From: Octopus vulgaris | Taxonomy: Eukaryota | Assembly (NCBI GenBank): GCA_951406725.2 | Contig: OX597821.1 | Span: forward strand, 59,582,001 to 59,646,000 | Length of the DNA stretch: 64,000 nt | Direction: 5' to 3' | Part shown: positions 50,459 to 62,552 of the stretch, one piece after another | Numbering within the stretch: the stretch's first letter is position 1 | How the letters are laid out: each line of letters starts with the position of its first letter | Notes under the pieces: model-generated | Seen by the model: the letters and a program-made list of their open reading frames with translations, nothing else | Database searches by the model: none | Told to the model about the DNA's origin: nothing | Program-made: the position numbers and the translations under genes

Positions 50459-51785
50459 CAGGGTGTCCATTAAATCTCTTTGCAATTTTAAAAATTTACT
50501 ACAAAAGCAATTGATGGGATATGTTTATCAGATTTGTTCTATGTACTCATTGGTTATCAAAGTTTTTAAGCACATTGCATTTGTATCTTTCAGGTACCTT
50601 GTTGATAAAAAAAGGTTCAATAAAATGAAACCCTAAAAGTGGCTACTCCTCAAGAACAGGCATAATGTGTATTGTGGTTTATTGAAACAAAACTAGACAC
50701 ACAGACCCAGTGAAACTATAGGATCAAGCATGGAAGACATCCACCATCACATTCGTCGATTCGTGCATGACAAGGATTTTATGGAAACAGGAACCTGTGT
50801 CAGATAAAGAGGGGAGCGGATGACCAAAATTATCTGAGGAAAACATCGATCGTGTAAGACAAGCCTTTGCTAGTTCTTCTACAAAGTCCATAAGTACTGC
50901 TGCTAGACAGTTACAGCTACCACATTCAACAGTCCACAAAGTCCTACACAAGAACTTGTGATCGTACACTTACAAAGTGCAACTCTTACAGGCACTTGAA
51001 CCACATGATAAATCAAAACAAAAAGAGTTTGCAGTTAACATGTTGGAACAAATGTCTGAGGATGCAGCATTCCTCACCCAAATTTGTTTTAGTGATGAGG
51101 CAACCTTTCAAGTTTCAGGGAAACTGAACGCATAATGTGAGGATCTGGGAATCCTAACACCCCTATGTGACTAGGGAACTTCACTGAGATAGTCCAATGG
51201 TAAATTTCTGGTGACAGATGATGTGCAATTGAATCATTGGTCCATTTTTCTTCACAGAGAGATTTATTTCTGCAAATGCTTACCTTGACCTTTTATATAT
51301 AGCACCACAACTGGATGACCTTCAATCAACCATCATTTTCCAGTGGATGGTGCACCATCACATTGAGGACTGCGTCTTCGTGGGTTCCTAAATCAAACAT
51401 TTCCAGACGAATGAATTGAAAGGGATGGCCCAATCCAATTCCCTGGCCACCTTTTTGCCCAGATATCACTCCCCTGCACATTTTTCTGTGGGGTTGTGTT
51501 AAAAACATTATTTATCAAACAAAGATACAGGACATTAACGACCTAGAGGATCACATGCCATTACCACCATTGATAAAGCTATGCTATAGCGAACATGGCA
51601 AGAGATTGATTACGATCTTGATATGCTTGGTGCAACTAATGGTGCCCATATAGAGATATATTAAGGGAAGAAAAAAAGGCTTCAACATCTACTCCTAAAT
51701 TTGTAATAATTTTCACAGATTTATCTATTTATTTGCTTTTGTAATAAGTTTTTTTAAATTGTAAAGAGACTTTATGGACACCCTG
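50459..51785 (+). mobile_element. Full-length decayed Tc1/mariner-superfamily transposon, rosa (DD41D) type
   Basis: TA|CAGGGTGTCCAT...ATGGACACCCTG|TA with ~53-bp TIRs. Pseudogene translation ATPQEQA*CVLWFIETK...ICFSDEATF...DGAPSH...WPPFCPDITPLHIFLWG. 41 residues separate the 2nd and 3rd catalytic positions after removing a 5-bp CCAAT duplication. Confidence 0.9.
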
Positions 51786-51798
51786 TATGTATGTATAT

Positions 51799-52020
51799 GA
51801 GCTGGCAGAAACGTTAGCACGCCGGGCGAAATGCGTAACGTTATTTCGTCTGCCGTTACGTTCTGGGTTCAAATTCCGCCGAGGTCGACTTTGCCTTTCA
51901 TCCTTTTGGGGTCGATAAATAAAGTACCAGTTACGCACTGGGATCGATGTAATCGACTTCATCCGTGTGTCTGTCCTTGTTTGTCCCCTCTGTGTTTAGC
52001 CCCTTGTGGGCAATAAAGAA

Positions 52021-52022
<2 letters not shown>
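51799..52022 (+). mobile_element. SINE family B, young copy with CpGs retained
   Basis: GAGCTGGCAGAAACGTTAGC (A box), GGTTCAAATTCC (B box), GTCGACTTTGCCTTTCATCC..GGGGTCGATAAATAAAGTACC, tail AATAAAGAAATA. Confidence 0.9.
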
Positions 52023-52048
<26 letters not shown>

Positions 52049-52051
<3 letters not shown>

Positions 52052-52276
52052 GTTAAGTATATGTCCAGTCATAGAGTGACCAATGGTTTCGCCCTATGGA
52101 TGACTCGTCAAGCTCTAAAGCTGAAAGCATATAATTCTTCAACACTGGGAGGTATGAATTTGATACCCAGAGTTGAAGATTTATATGCCTTTGGCTTTAG
52201 GGTCTGATGAGTGTCCATGGGGGCTAATCCCTTTATGGATGCAATATCATTGGTCATTATGACGGGACATAACTGC
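52049..52276. ncRNA. 228-nt imperfect palindrome with hammerhead-like motifs on both strands
   Basis: Minus 52117-52072: UAGAGC-UUGACGA-GUC..GGC-GAAA-CCAUUGG-UC-ACUCUA. Plus 52198-52255: UAGGGU-CUGAUGA-long stem II-AAUA-UCAUUGG-UC. Confidence 0.65.
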
Positions 52277-52324
52277 TCTAAGCATTAGAATGTACTCCTT
52301 TTTCAGATATATGATACACTGATG

Positions 52325-52362
<38 letters not shown>

Positions 52363-53025
52363 CACTATAAACAAAATTTTGTATGTTTCTAAAAATCCTG
52401 CATAAAGTACATGGATAAGATTTATGGCATTACATTTATTAAGAGTAAACACAGAAGAATAACACCTACATTAACGTCTTTTTTTCAACACAACACCTAT
52501 ATTCTGTTGTATCTTGAGAGGGTCATTATGCCAATATAAACACAGGCACAGTACATGTTTTTATTATAACTGACACAATGACCTTTCTGAAATACAACTG
52601 AATATGTTCAAACACATGAGTTCACATTAAGAATCTTGCAAACCGAAACAACACCCATACTTACGTTCAACATCATTACTGAGTGACAGAAACGTTAGTT
52701 CTGAACCAAATGCCTAAAAGTGTTTGGTTATGTCCCTTTATACTCATTTGAAAGCTTGCCACACAAATGAAAGATGTATCAATGAAGGAAAAGTATCAAT
52801 TTGAATAACTGTACCCAACCCCTGTATGTTTTCACCTCATTTGGTTGCTTAAAGTGATCAAGAAGCTCGATTTAAAACCATATGGTTTCATGTTCAATCG
52901 CACTGCACAGCACCTTGAATAAGTGTCTTTTACTGTAGCCCTGGGTCAATCAAAGCCTTGTGAATGAATTTTGTAGACAGAAACTCTGTGTGTGTGTGTG
53001 AGTGAGAGAGGGGGGGAGAGGGAGG

Positions 53026-53063
<38 letters not shown>

Positions 53064-53962
53064 CTTCCCCCACTGTGTGACATCTGGTGTTGGCTTGCTT
53101 ACATCCCTGTAATTTAACAATTCAGCAAAAGAATTAAGTAACAAACTATAAAATTTTTTTTTTTTTTCAAATGAGTACTGGGGATGATTTGTTTGATCTG
53201 TTGACTACCCTTCAGGGTAGTGCCCCAGTATAGCCACAGTCCAATGACTGGAACAAGTAAAAGATAAAAGAAAGATGACAATAAAACAACTATCTCCGAC
53301 ATAAGGAGCCCGATTTATATAAGAGCCACTTATTTGTTGGTTAAGTAGAAAGATCAATTTAAATAACTACATCCAAACCCAACATGATTGTACTTTGTCT
53401 GGTAGACAGTACAGAATGTTGAGTGCAATTAGAAGTCTACTACACATTTGCCAAAGTGTTCTATATGACAATAAAGCGACTAATTCTATTTTCAACACAT
53501 GGGACCAGTTTTATAAGAGAGCCATTTGCTTGTTGGTCTAAAATTAGTCTCATAGTACAGTTACTTAATCGATAAATTCTGTAGCCTTGGTAACCTGATT
53601 GATAATTAAAGCCTGGGAGAGAAGTATTTAAATAATCAGTGTCGTGCTTCTAAGTGATGTTCTTCCTAAACATGGTTTGATCAGAAGTGTTAAATTAATG
53701 AAACATGCAGTAAAAATATAAAATAAAGGGGGAAAAAATTTAATATTATGCAAGTTGAGAATTAAAGAAATTACAAGGTAAACAAATGCAAAAATAAAGA
53801 GCAGAGTGAAATAGTATAAACATGCTGTAAGAATCATCTCCATCACCATTTAACATCTGTTTCTATGCTGGCATGGGTTGGACAGATTGACGGGAGCTGG
53901 TGAGCCAGAGGACAGCACCAATCTCCAATGTCAGCTTTGGAATGGTTTCTATGGCTAGATAC

Positions 53963-54588
53963 TGTAGCAGAAGTAGTTTACACTGCCACTGTGTGAGATG
54001 TTTCCATTTTGATTCATCTAGGCTTAAATACCCCAATATCAGCTCCACAAGGCCTTTTCATTCCAGCGGAGATATGACCTCGTGATTAAACGAACCTGTT
54101 GTTTGTATTGGTCGGCTTTCAGCTGTCTAATCACATTGGTGCAACATTTTATTTTTCCTTAAATGGTAAATTAATTACCAGCTACTGGAAGCCCACCATT
54201 CCCTATAAATATGGCAGTTCTCAACTGTTCTAGGTCTTTGGCACTCACCACTGACCACGCGTGTAACTTGTCTCCAGCAACGATGTATCTGATATCAGCC
54301 AGTCTTCGTTTTCATCTCCACCAGACACCTGTCTATATCATTGCTGTATGAACATCACACAGCCAACAAACAGCTGCCTCTACACACCACCAACAGTGCA
54401 TCGACTATGTCTACATCAACAGTCCAGCCTAACCACAAAGTTCTCTCACAAATCTTTGTAATAACCTGTTATGTTAATTCATGTATGGCAATCATTGCTT
54501 ACCATTTCAGTTTCAAATCTCAAGTTGTATATATCTGATTCCCTCACACATTATCCTCAAACACATCACCGTTATATCTTTCTTAACA
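53963..54588 (+). mobile_element. Possible solo LTR interrupting a family C element
   Basis: TGT...ACA ends, a TATAAATA box and ATTGG boxes; host sequence resumes on both sides. No TSD found. Confidence 0.35.
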
Positions 54589-56481
54589 CTGGTACTTTTT
54601 ACATGGCACAAGCAGTGAGATCACCAAGTAACTTATAAGACAAAAACCAATCAACTGAGTTGGGGTATAGTATTGGGGGAAGTGGTTTTTATGCCAGGTG
54701 GTGATAGATTGAAGTATAATAAAGGGACAGAAATAGATGCCTTGCTGTAGGGGAAGATATATGGTTACCCCAGTTGGAAAAGAGAGAAGATAGTGAGAAA
54801 GATGTGTCAGGACATGTCATCAAGTGACAAAAAGATGAATATAAGATGTGTAGTACAGAAGAGTGGACAGGATGAAAAGGAATGAAAATAATGGACTCTT
54901 GGTAAATATTTCAATTTTACCATTTAGTTTTAATGCTTGCAAAGAGAAGCCATTAAAAACTAGGATAGTTAAATTAAATCATGCAAAGAAAAGATTAACT
55001 CTTTAATGTTTATATAGTTATTATATAGAGAAAGACTTATTTAACCAATATGCTTCAATTAATTTTGAAAATAAAAAATTTTTAGCGATCTAGTAATTTA
55101 ACAAGTTTTTCTGTTTAGTTGTATTTGGAACAATGAAATTTCTCACATAAAATTTAAATACAAATACTTTAAAACAGGTTCTTCATCATAGTACCAAGAG
55201 CTTTCTGCATCAAATCACCAAATCTAATTGCTTGCATATAATAATGTTGTTCAAATGAAAAGAATGCTAGGAACTTCACCTAAGCTTACAATTTTGGCTT
55301 TTTTTTTTCCATTCTATAAAAACCTAATATCTGAAACATCAAGAATAATTAACCATTGGCATTAGAGAGTTGAGAAACAATACAGACAGCTATTTGGACA
55401 ACTTATTTCAATTCATGACCAGAATAGCCATGATTCTATTTAATATTCTGAGCTTCTATGATAAGATCAAACAGTGGTGATATCACTAGTCACATGATGT
55501 GCTATAATGGGTAAGTGTTCAATGCTTACAAATCAACAATACTGTATTCTTGATTGGTTAGTTTATGCAATGTTTTGATGGTATTGGAATTTTTCTGTTG
55601 ATTGTTATATTGTAATGTTTATAGATTTCTCACACAAATACAAGTTGCCATATTTAGAGGAAATGAAAATATCACATAACATAAAAAATATCTTGTATAA
55701 GCAACTGAGATTGTATCAAATGAAAATAGCTATCTATATATCAATGGGGTATATACATTAAGATACATAGATAACCATTACATGTTTTTCCCAATACTAT
55801 TAGCAACTAAATAAGGTGAACAGGAATAAAAGTACAATAGGAGTGTGAATTCATATACTCTTACTCAGCATATAAAGAATGCAATGTAGTTTCTGTATAA
55901 TCAAAGGCATTCTAGTCATGGCCATCCCATCTTTTATTCAGGAATAATGTACTTTAAACTACATTATTATCCTATATATTCTTTTTTTTCTTTAAGACAG
56001 TAAGGTGTGGCTTGAATGGATATTTGGTTACTATTTCCAGTAGGTTGAGTGAACAAGGCAGAGTCTCCCTCATTAGCCTGCACTGTACATATAGGTAAAC
56101 TAACTTGGTACCTTTGGCAGAGTTCATTCTGTTGCAAACATTCAGGCCAGATCTTGAATTTGAGAAGGTCTTCTCCTTCTACCACCAGTCTCTGAGACCC
56201 TGTAAAGGGCCATAGGTATAGCCTTCACTCCTAACTATAAGGAGAAAAATATGTGTTGCTTCTGCCTTCTATAACACACTGATTTTCAACATTATCACCA
56301 TCATCATCATTATTTTTATTATTATTATTATTATTAAGGTGGCAAGCTGGCAGAATTCTTAGCACACTGGATGAAATGCTTAGTGGTATTTCACCCTTTG
56401 CCACGTTCTAAGTTCAAATTCCACTGAGGTTGACTTTGTTATTATTATTATTATTTGATATATTTTCTCATCCTAACAGAT

Positions 56482-56788
56482 GTTTGTTCCCTTTCAAGCC
56501 ATGCCTGGCTCATTAGGGCCGGTTTCTCGGTTTCCTTGGCATATAAGTTCCCCATCTGGACGGGACGTCAGTCCATCACAGGTGAGCTGCAAGATGCAGG
56601 AGGAAAGAGTGAGAGAAAGTTGTAGCGAAAGAGTCAGCAGAAGTTTGCCATTACCTTCTGCCGGAGCTGCGTGAAGCTTAGGTGTTTCGCTCATAAGCAC
56701 ACACACATCGCCTGGTCTGAGATTCAAACCCACAATCCCTCGACCACAAGTCCACTGCTCTAACCACTAGGCCATGTGTCTCCACATA
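56482..56788 (-). mobile_element. SINE family E, intact
   Basis: Reverse-complement head TGGCCTAGTGGTTAGAGC...GGGTTTGAATCTC; 9-bp TSD CTAACAGAT (56473-56481, 56789-56797). Confidence 0.9.
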
Positions 56789-57315
56789 CTAACAGATATT
56801 AGTCATTAAATAATATCACTTTCTACTCACCAGGGCTAGTCCTGGGCAGGATTTTAAACTGCATCCAATAGTGGGACCTTGGTTCAGGAGCTCAAAGATT
56901 TTGAGAAGTGTGGAACCACCATTGTTCCCAAAGTAGTAGCACCTGTCAGAGCCAGAGTCCTAGCCGTGGGTTAAGTAACATTTAACCACCTGAGTCAATG
57001 TACCTCAAAATCATGGGGTGCAGCATGATGGATGTGAACTATTTTGGCAGATGAACTTATTAAGTCAATAGCAAATACCACTAAATGCTGAATAGATGAA
57101 CATAAAACTGACTATCAGTAGCCAGAATCAATCCGCACAGTCAGTGAACTACTGCTATAATCTGTAGTTGTGGTGTGCACATATGAGATATTTCAGCTTG
57201 TGAAAGACCAATAGGATTTTGCTGTCCAATTCAGATCAGATTCACTCACCATTTATTATTTCAAGTTAGATTTTTAATGCTGCATATATCAGATAAGTTA
57301 ATAGCAACTATTGTA

Positions 57316-57880
57316 TTAGGTTGTCCTGAAAGTTTGTGCCAATTTTTAAAGGAAAGAAAAAGGTCAATAAATACTTGCCTTTACATTTTTAATCAACCAA
57401 ATATGAACCATTTTGTTGCACAATGCTTCTCCCTCTTTCCTTTAACTTGAAAATACCCTCTTCCCAGAATTGAGGTGGTTTCATGGCAAAGAATTCATGA
57501 AGGTATCTTTTTCGTCATCCAAGGAATTAAAATTTTTACCATTAAGACTATTCTGCAAAGATTTGAATAAGTGGAAATCCAAAGGAGCAATATTTGGTGA
57601 ATATGGAGTGTGGGGTAACACATCCCAGCTGAGCTGCAGCAATTTTTGTCTGGTTCCCAAAGCATCAAGTGCCAAAAATGAACTCTCTTATCTTCCATTT
57701 TAAAGGGTTACAGAATTAACTCAAGTTATAGAAACATAATCCTTCTTCCACGAAAAGATAGCTTAAACTGTTCTCTAAATGGAGGTGTAATCAAATCCTA
57801 TTTTATGAACTCAACCATGTTCTAAAATAAGTCGAAAGGTAAGCTACCATAAATCGGCACGAACTTTCCGGACAACCCAA
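57316..57880 (-). mobile_element. Internally deleted mariner (DD34D type)
   Basis: TA-flanked ~30-bp TIRs: TTAGGTTGTCCTGAAAGTTTGTGCC and (rc) TTGGGTTGTCCGGAAAGTTCGTGCC. N-terminal MEDKRVHFWHLML is joined to C-terminal HTPYSPNIAPLDFHLFKSLQNSLNGKNF. Confidence 0.9.
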
Positions 57881-58590
57881 TACTTTGTATGGATGGCATC
57901 TCTGAATTATCAAGTCTCAAAACAATTTTATCTTTCCTCACTTCAATTCTATATTGTCGTTATTGATTGTGTGTGTATACACACACAAGCACATGCATGC
58001 ATGCACAAAGTGAACAAGTGAAGGTGCCTGGTTTAGTGGTTAAGGTGTTGGGTTCGTGATCATAAGGTTGTAGTTTCAATTCCTAATCTGGGTGTCCATT
58101 TTTCATTGCTCCAGTTTACTCTGTTTGCAACTGCATAGGCACCTGAAGAAATTAGTGAAAGTAGAGTACAAGTGACCAAGTCATGCTTGCTTGCTTGTAG
58201 GTGATAAACATTTTTTCAGTGAACCATTCAATATTGCTTCAGCAAGTACAGTGAAGGAGGTCAGAATAAGACCGAAATACAACTGGAGTTGTGTACAAAT
58301 GAAAGTAATATTAGCAATTAGTTTTTTTTATATAGTTTCAGTCTTTGAATTAGAGCTATTCCAGGGTACCACCTCCTAAAACGTAAGTAAATCATACAAA
58401 CCTCAGTACTTATTAAAGACTGATACTTATTTTTATCACTATCAGATTCCATTCACAAGGAATCAATTAAATTGAAACTTGAATAGAATAGAAAACTCTT
58501 CTTCAAAGTGCCACTCAGTGAGATTGAACCTGAAACTACATGATTGCAAAGTGAACTTCTTAACCAAATGTCTATATAGATTTTTTTTCT

Positions 58591-59190
58591 CAGGAGTGGC
58601 TGTATGGTAAGTAGCTTACTTATGAACCACATGGTTGCTGGTTCAGTCCCACTATGTAGCACCTTGGGCAAGTGTCTTCTACTATAGCCTTGGGCTGACC
58701 AAAAGCCTTGTGAATGGATTTGGTAGACAGAAACTAAAAGGCAACGAGCTGGCATAAACGTTAGTATGCCGGGCAAAATGCTTAGTCTTTCGTCTGCCGT
58801 TACACTCTGAGTTCAAATTCCACCAAGGTCGACTTTGCCTTTCATCCTTTCGGGGCTGATTAATTAAGTACCAGTTATGCATTGGGGTCGATGTAATCGA
58901 CTTACCCTTTGTCTGTCCTTGTTTGTCCCCTCTATGTTTAGCCCCTTGTGGGCAATAAAGAAATAAGAAACTGAAAGCTCGTCATATGTGTGTGTGTGTG
59001 TATGTCCCCACCACCATTGCTTGACAACCGATGTTGGTGTGTTTACGTACCCATAACTTAGCGGTTTAGCAAAAGATAGCAATAGGATAAGTACTAGGCT
59101 TACAAAGAATAAGTCCTGGGGTCAATTTGTTCAACAAAAGGTGGTGCTCCAGCATGGCCACAGTCAAATGACTGAAACAAATAAAAGAAT
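58591..59190 (+). mobile_element. SINE family A with a nested family B copy (58741-58965)
   Basis: TSD AGAAACTAAAAG (58729-58740) / AGAAACTGAAAG (58966-58977). Confidence 0.88.
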
Positions 59191-59458
59191 ATTGCAATGC
59201 TAACTTATCATCCATATGCAAAACAATAGTTGTCTCTGATTTATTTAATGGATATATTCTCTTCTGATAATTCCAACTAAATGTTTAATACCATCAACCA
59301 ATGAGTTTTTAATACCACCATTAACCAATGAATTTTCTTTTTCTTTTTTCTCAATGTTACTCAATTTATATTTTTGAACATTTATCAACAAGAAGCAGTA
59401 AAGCATTTTGTTTCAGGAAGTAAAATAATTCAGTTTAGTTGATTTAGTCAAAATAGGA

Positions 59459-59779
59459 GTGATGGTTCGTGGCTTAGTGGTCAGGAGTTTTCAACTCACA
59501 ATCGTAAGGTCTTGAGTTCAATTCCCGGCAGTGCCTTGTGTCCTTGAGCAAGACATTATTTCATGTTGCTCCAGTCCGCTCAGCTGGCAAAAATGAGTCG
59601 TACCTGTATTTCAAAAAGCTAGTCTTGTCACATTCTGTGTCACGCTGAATCTCCCTGAAAACTACATTAAGAGTATGCATGTCTGTGGGGTGCTCAGCAA
59701 CTTGTACATTAATTTCACAAGACAGCTGTTCCGTTGATCAGATCAACTGGAACCTTTGTCATCATAACCAATGGAATGC
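59459..59779 (+). mobile_element. SINE family D, full length
   Basis: A/B boxes, TGTGTCCTTGAGCAAGAC box, and a ~27-bp flanking direct repeat. Confidence 0.85.
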
Positions 59780-59828
59780 CAGTTTAGTGGTTTAGTCAAA
59801 ATAGGAAGCAACTTCTAAGAAACAATAC

Positions 59829-60063
59829 TTTCTTATTTTTTTTATTGCCCACAAGGGGCTAAACATAGAGAGGACAAACAAGGACAGACAAAGGGATTAA
59901 GTTGATTACATCGACCCCAGTGCGTAACTGGTACTTAATTTATTGACCCTTAAAGGATGAAAGGCAAAGTTGACCTCGACAGAATTTGAACTCAGAACGT
60001 AATGGCAGACAAAATACTGCTAAACATTTTGCCCAGCGTGCTAACGTTTCTGCTAGCGCACCA
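59829..60063 (-). mobile_element. SINE family B, young copy
   Basis: Reverse complement of 58741-58965 and 51799-52022. Confidence 0.88.
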
Positions 60064-60828
60064 CTATTTAACAAGAGTTACAATTAATAGATGCTAGTTG
60101 TTACCCATGCCTACATTGTGCATATGTGTGCATGTGCACACACAGCATACACAGAATCAAACACACACTGCTTCCCAACCACGTGGTTTTGGGTTCAATC
60201 CCATGGTGTGACACCTTGGACAAGTGTCTTCTACTATAGCTTTTGACTGAGCAAAGCTTTGTGAGTGGATTTGGTAGACAGAAAAGAAAAAAATCTTGTA
60301 TGTATACAATATGCCTGTATGTGTGTTTGCTTGTGTCTCCTCATCATGTTATGGTATAATAGTTGTAAATGAGTGTCACTGTCATACAAGCAGTGTTGCT
60401 CCTTTCCAATAGTCTGCAGAAACATGTTCAGCCATGGGGAAATATTAGCTTGCTTGGAAACTGGTGAGGGTTGGTGACAAGGGCATGTGGCCATAGAAAA
60501 TTTACTTCAATAAACTCTGACCCATGCAAGCATGGAAAAGTTGAGACGATGATGATATATAGTAGCCTAACAAGTATTTTATTTAATTACATTTTTTCTA
60601 TAGTACACATCTTTGTAAATACTTTCACCTATCAAAACCAGCAGTTTTTAATTAGATGGCAACTGGTAGATTATAAAGGCACAGGATTATGTTTTAAAAC
60701 TATTCTTAATCACTTATACCTATAATTATTTTGGAAGATATTAATTAGAAATATTGAGAAAATATTACTTGTTCTAGTTTTCTGACATATATTTCATAAG
60801 GGAAATTTTCCATCCATCCTTTTCATTT

Positions 60829-60982
60829 TTGCCATCCACTGTTCTTGGGAGGGTCATGAGGGTAGAGCCCCCAGGTACTTCTGTCATAGGGTCCTATCAG
60901 AAGCAACCGTTGCTACACCTGGCTGGATTCTCAAGTATGATCAACTGACACTACAGATATCATTCAACCATTTCGTTCTTCA
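60829..60982 (-). mobile_element. RTE-clade LINE 3' end
   Basis: (GGAT)n tail; homologous to 19606-19835. Confidence 0.6.
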
Positions 60983-61526
60983 GTATATTCATTTGGTAAT
61001 TACATGAGGCAGAAACACACACATGCACACACACACAACCTAAGTGAATGTTTGCGTGCGTGCATGCATGCAAACAGGTATATTTTTTGAGAGAGGGGAA
61101 GAGAGAGAGAGTTATGTTTTTGGATTCCAAAAACAAGAGTTAACTGGAAAGTATTGTCTGTTCAACAAAAAGAAGCATTGAAACTCATAAACTGCATCAA
61201 TGAACCCAAAATGTTGCTTATGTAACATACCTGTCAGATATATTACACACACACACACACACATATATATGATGATCAACTTCTCTACGTTATCATTAAA
61301 TGATGAACTTTCCATGCAGCATGATGCTGGTGCTAAAATAGTATATAGGGTTAATTATATGAAAGATTGCATTGGGAATAAATATTTCTAAAATATTTCT
61401 CATATTGATTATATTCATGTGTGTCAACAGAATGAACATTAGTAGAACATTCCCATTAGAGCTTTCACCAAACAATAAACAAACCAGGTTTGACAGTGTG
61501 GGAGAGAAAACAAAAATCCTATATAC

Positions 61527-62082
61527 CAGTGGTTCTCAAACTGGGGTCCGCAGTCCCCTACGAGACCATGATGTGATCTTAGGGGGACCACAAAGGGACG
61601 CTGTAGTATCATGAAAACTGGTGGCTTGAGACAGTTAAGTTTTAAAATTTCAAAACTTTTCACATGCTATCATCCTTTTTTGTCGATGACCTCAAAACCC
61701 CACGCCTCTCCTACACACTCATTTGCTGATCCCACTTGTTGTACATGTGAGGTTGGCTGATGGAAAATATGTGGTTATAATGGTTGATCATGTAGGTAAT
61801 GTCAGTATTCTAAGCTCACATGATTCACCACTCCACTATTGCAATCCACATGTTTGCACAGCTCTTGCCATTGTTATCCACACTGGTGCATGTTCCTGCA
61901 GGACCTTGCCCTTTGCCAGACACCCATTCTCATCCTGGTTCATAGTCCAGAAATTGAGGTACATGAATGTATGTTATATTTTCCATGTTAATTATCCTGC
62001 ATTTCATAGGGGACTGCAAATAATTGAAAAAAGTGTAAAGGGACCGGCACATAAAATTTTTTGAAAAGTTTGAAAACCACTG
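61527..62082. mobile_element. hAT (Charlie-like) non-autonomous element
   Basis: TIRs CAGTGGTTCTCAAACT and (rc) CAGTGGTTTTCAAACT; perfect 8-bp TSD CTATATAC (61519-61526, 62083-62090). Confidence 0.9.
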
Positions 62083-62552
62083 CTATATACAAACTGAAAA
62101 GTTTTGTTGTTGTTGTAGTGTTTGTCCACTATGATACTGAGGTTTTGGGGTTCCTCATTTACTGAGTGAATCTTTGATTTTGTATAAGTTTTTATTGCAT
62201 AATATAACTTATACGTACACACACACACTCATACAGAGGATGTGTTGGAGCAGCTGTTTATTGAACTTAATATTGTTAATATTTTCTGCAGACCAACAGT
62301 AGGATAAAAATGTAATGTCAAAGCTAATTGGCAGGATTTGAATTATATCATTAATCGACGAAATTAATTACTGCTCAGCATGTTACCATTTGTGTCACTC
62401 TTACAGACCTGATAATAATATCAGAATAAATTGTATTATAATAATAATTTTGTGGAAAGAAACCCTGTCAGACCTCTGACAAAAGGTTGCTGTCTGCTCT
62501 CACAGAATCAACCAGAGCAAGTAAAACCAAGAACTCTAAGAAGTAAAATAAT

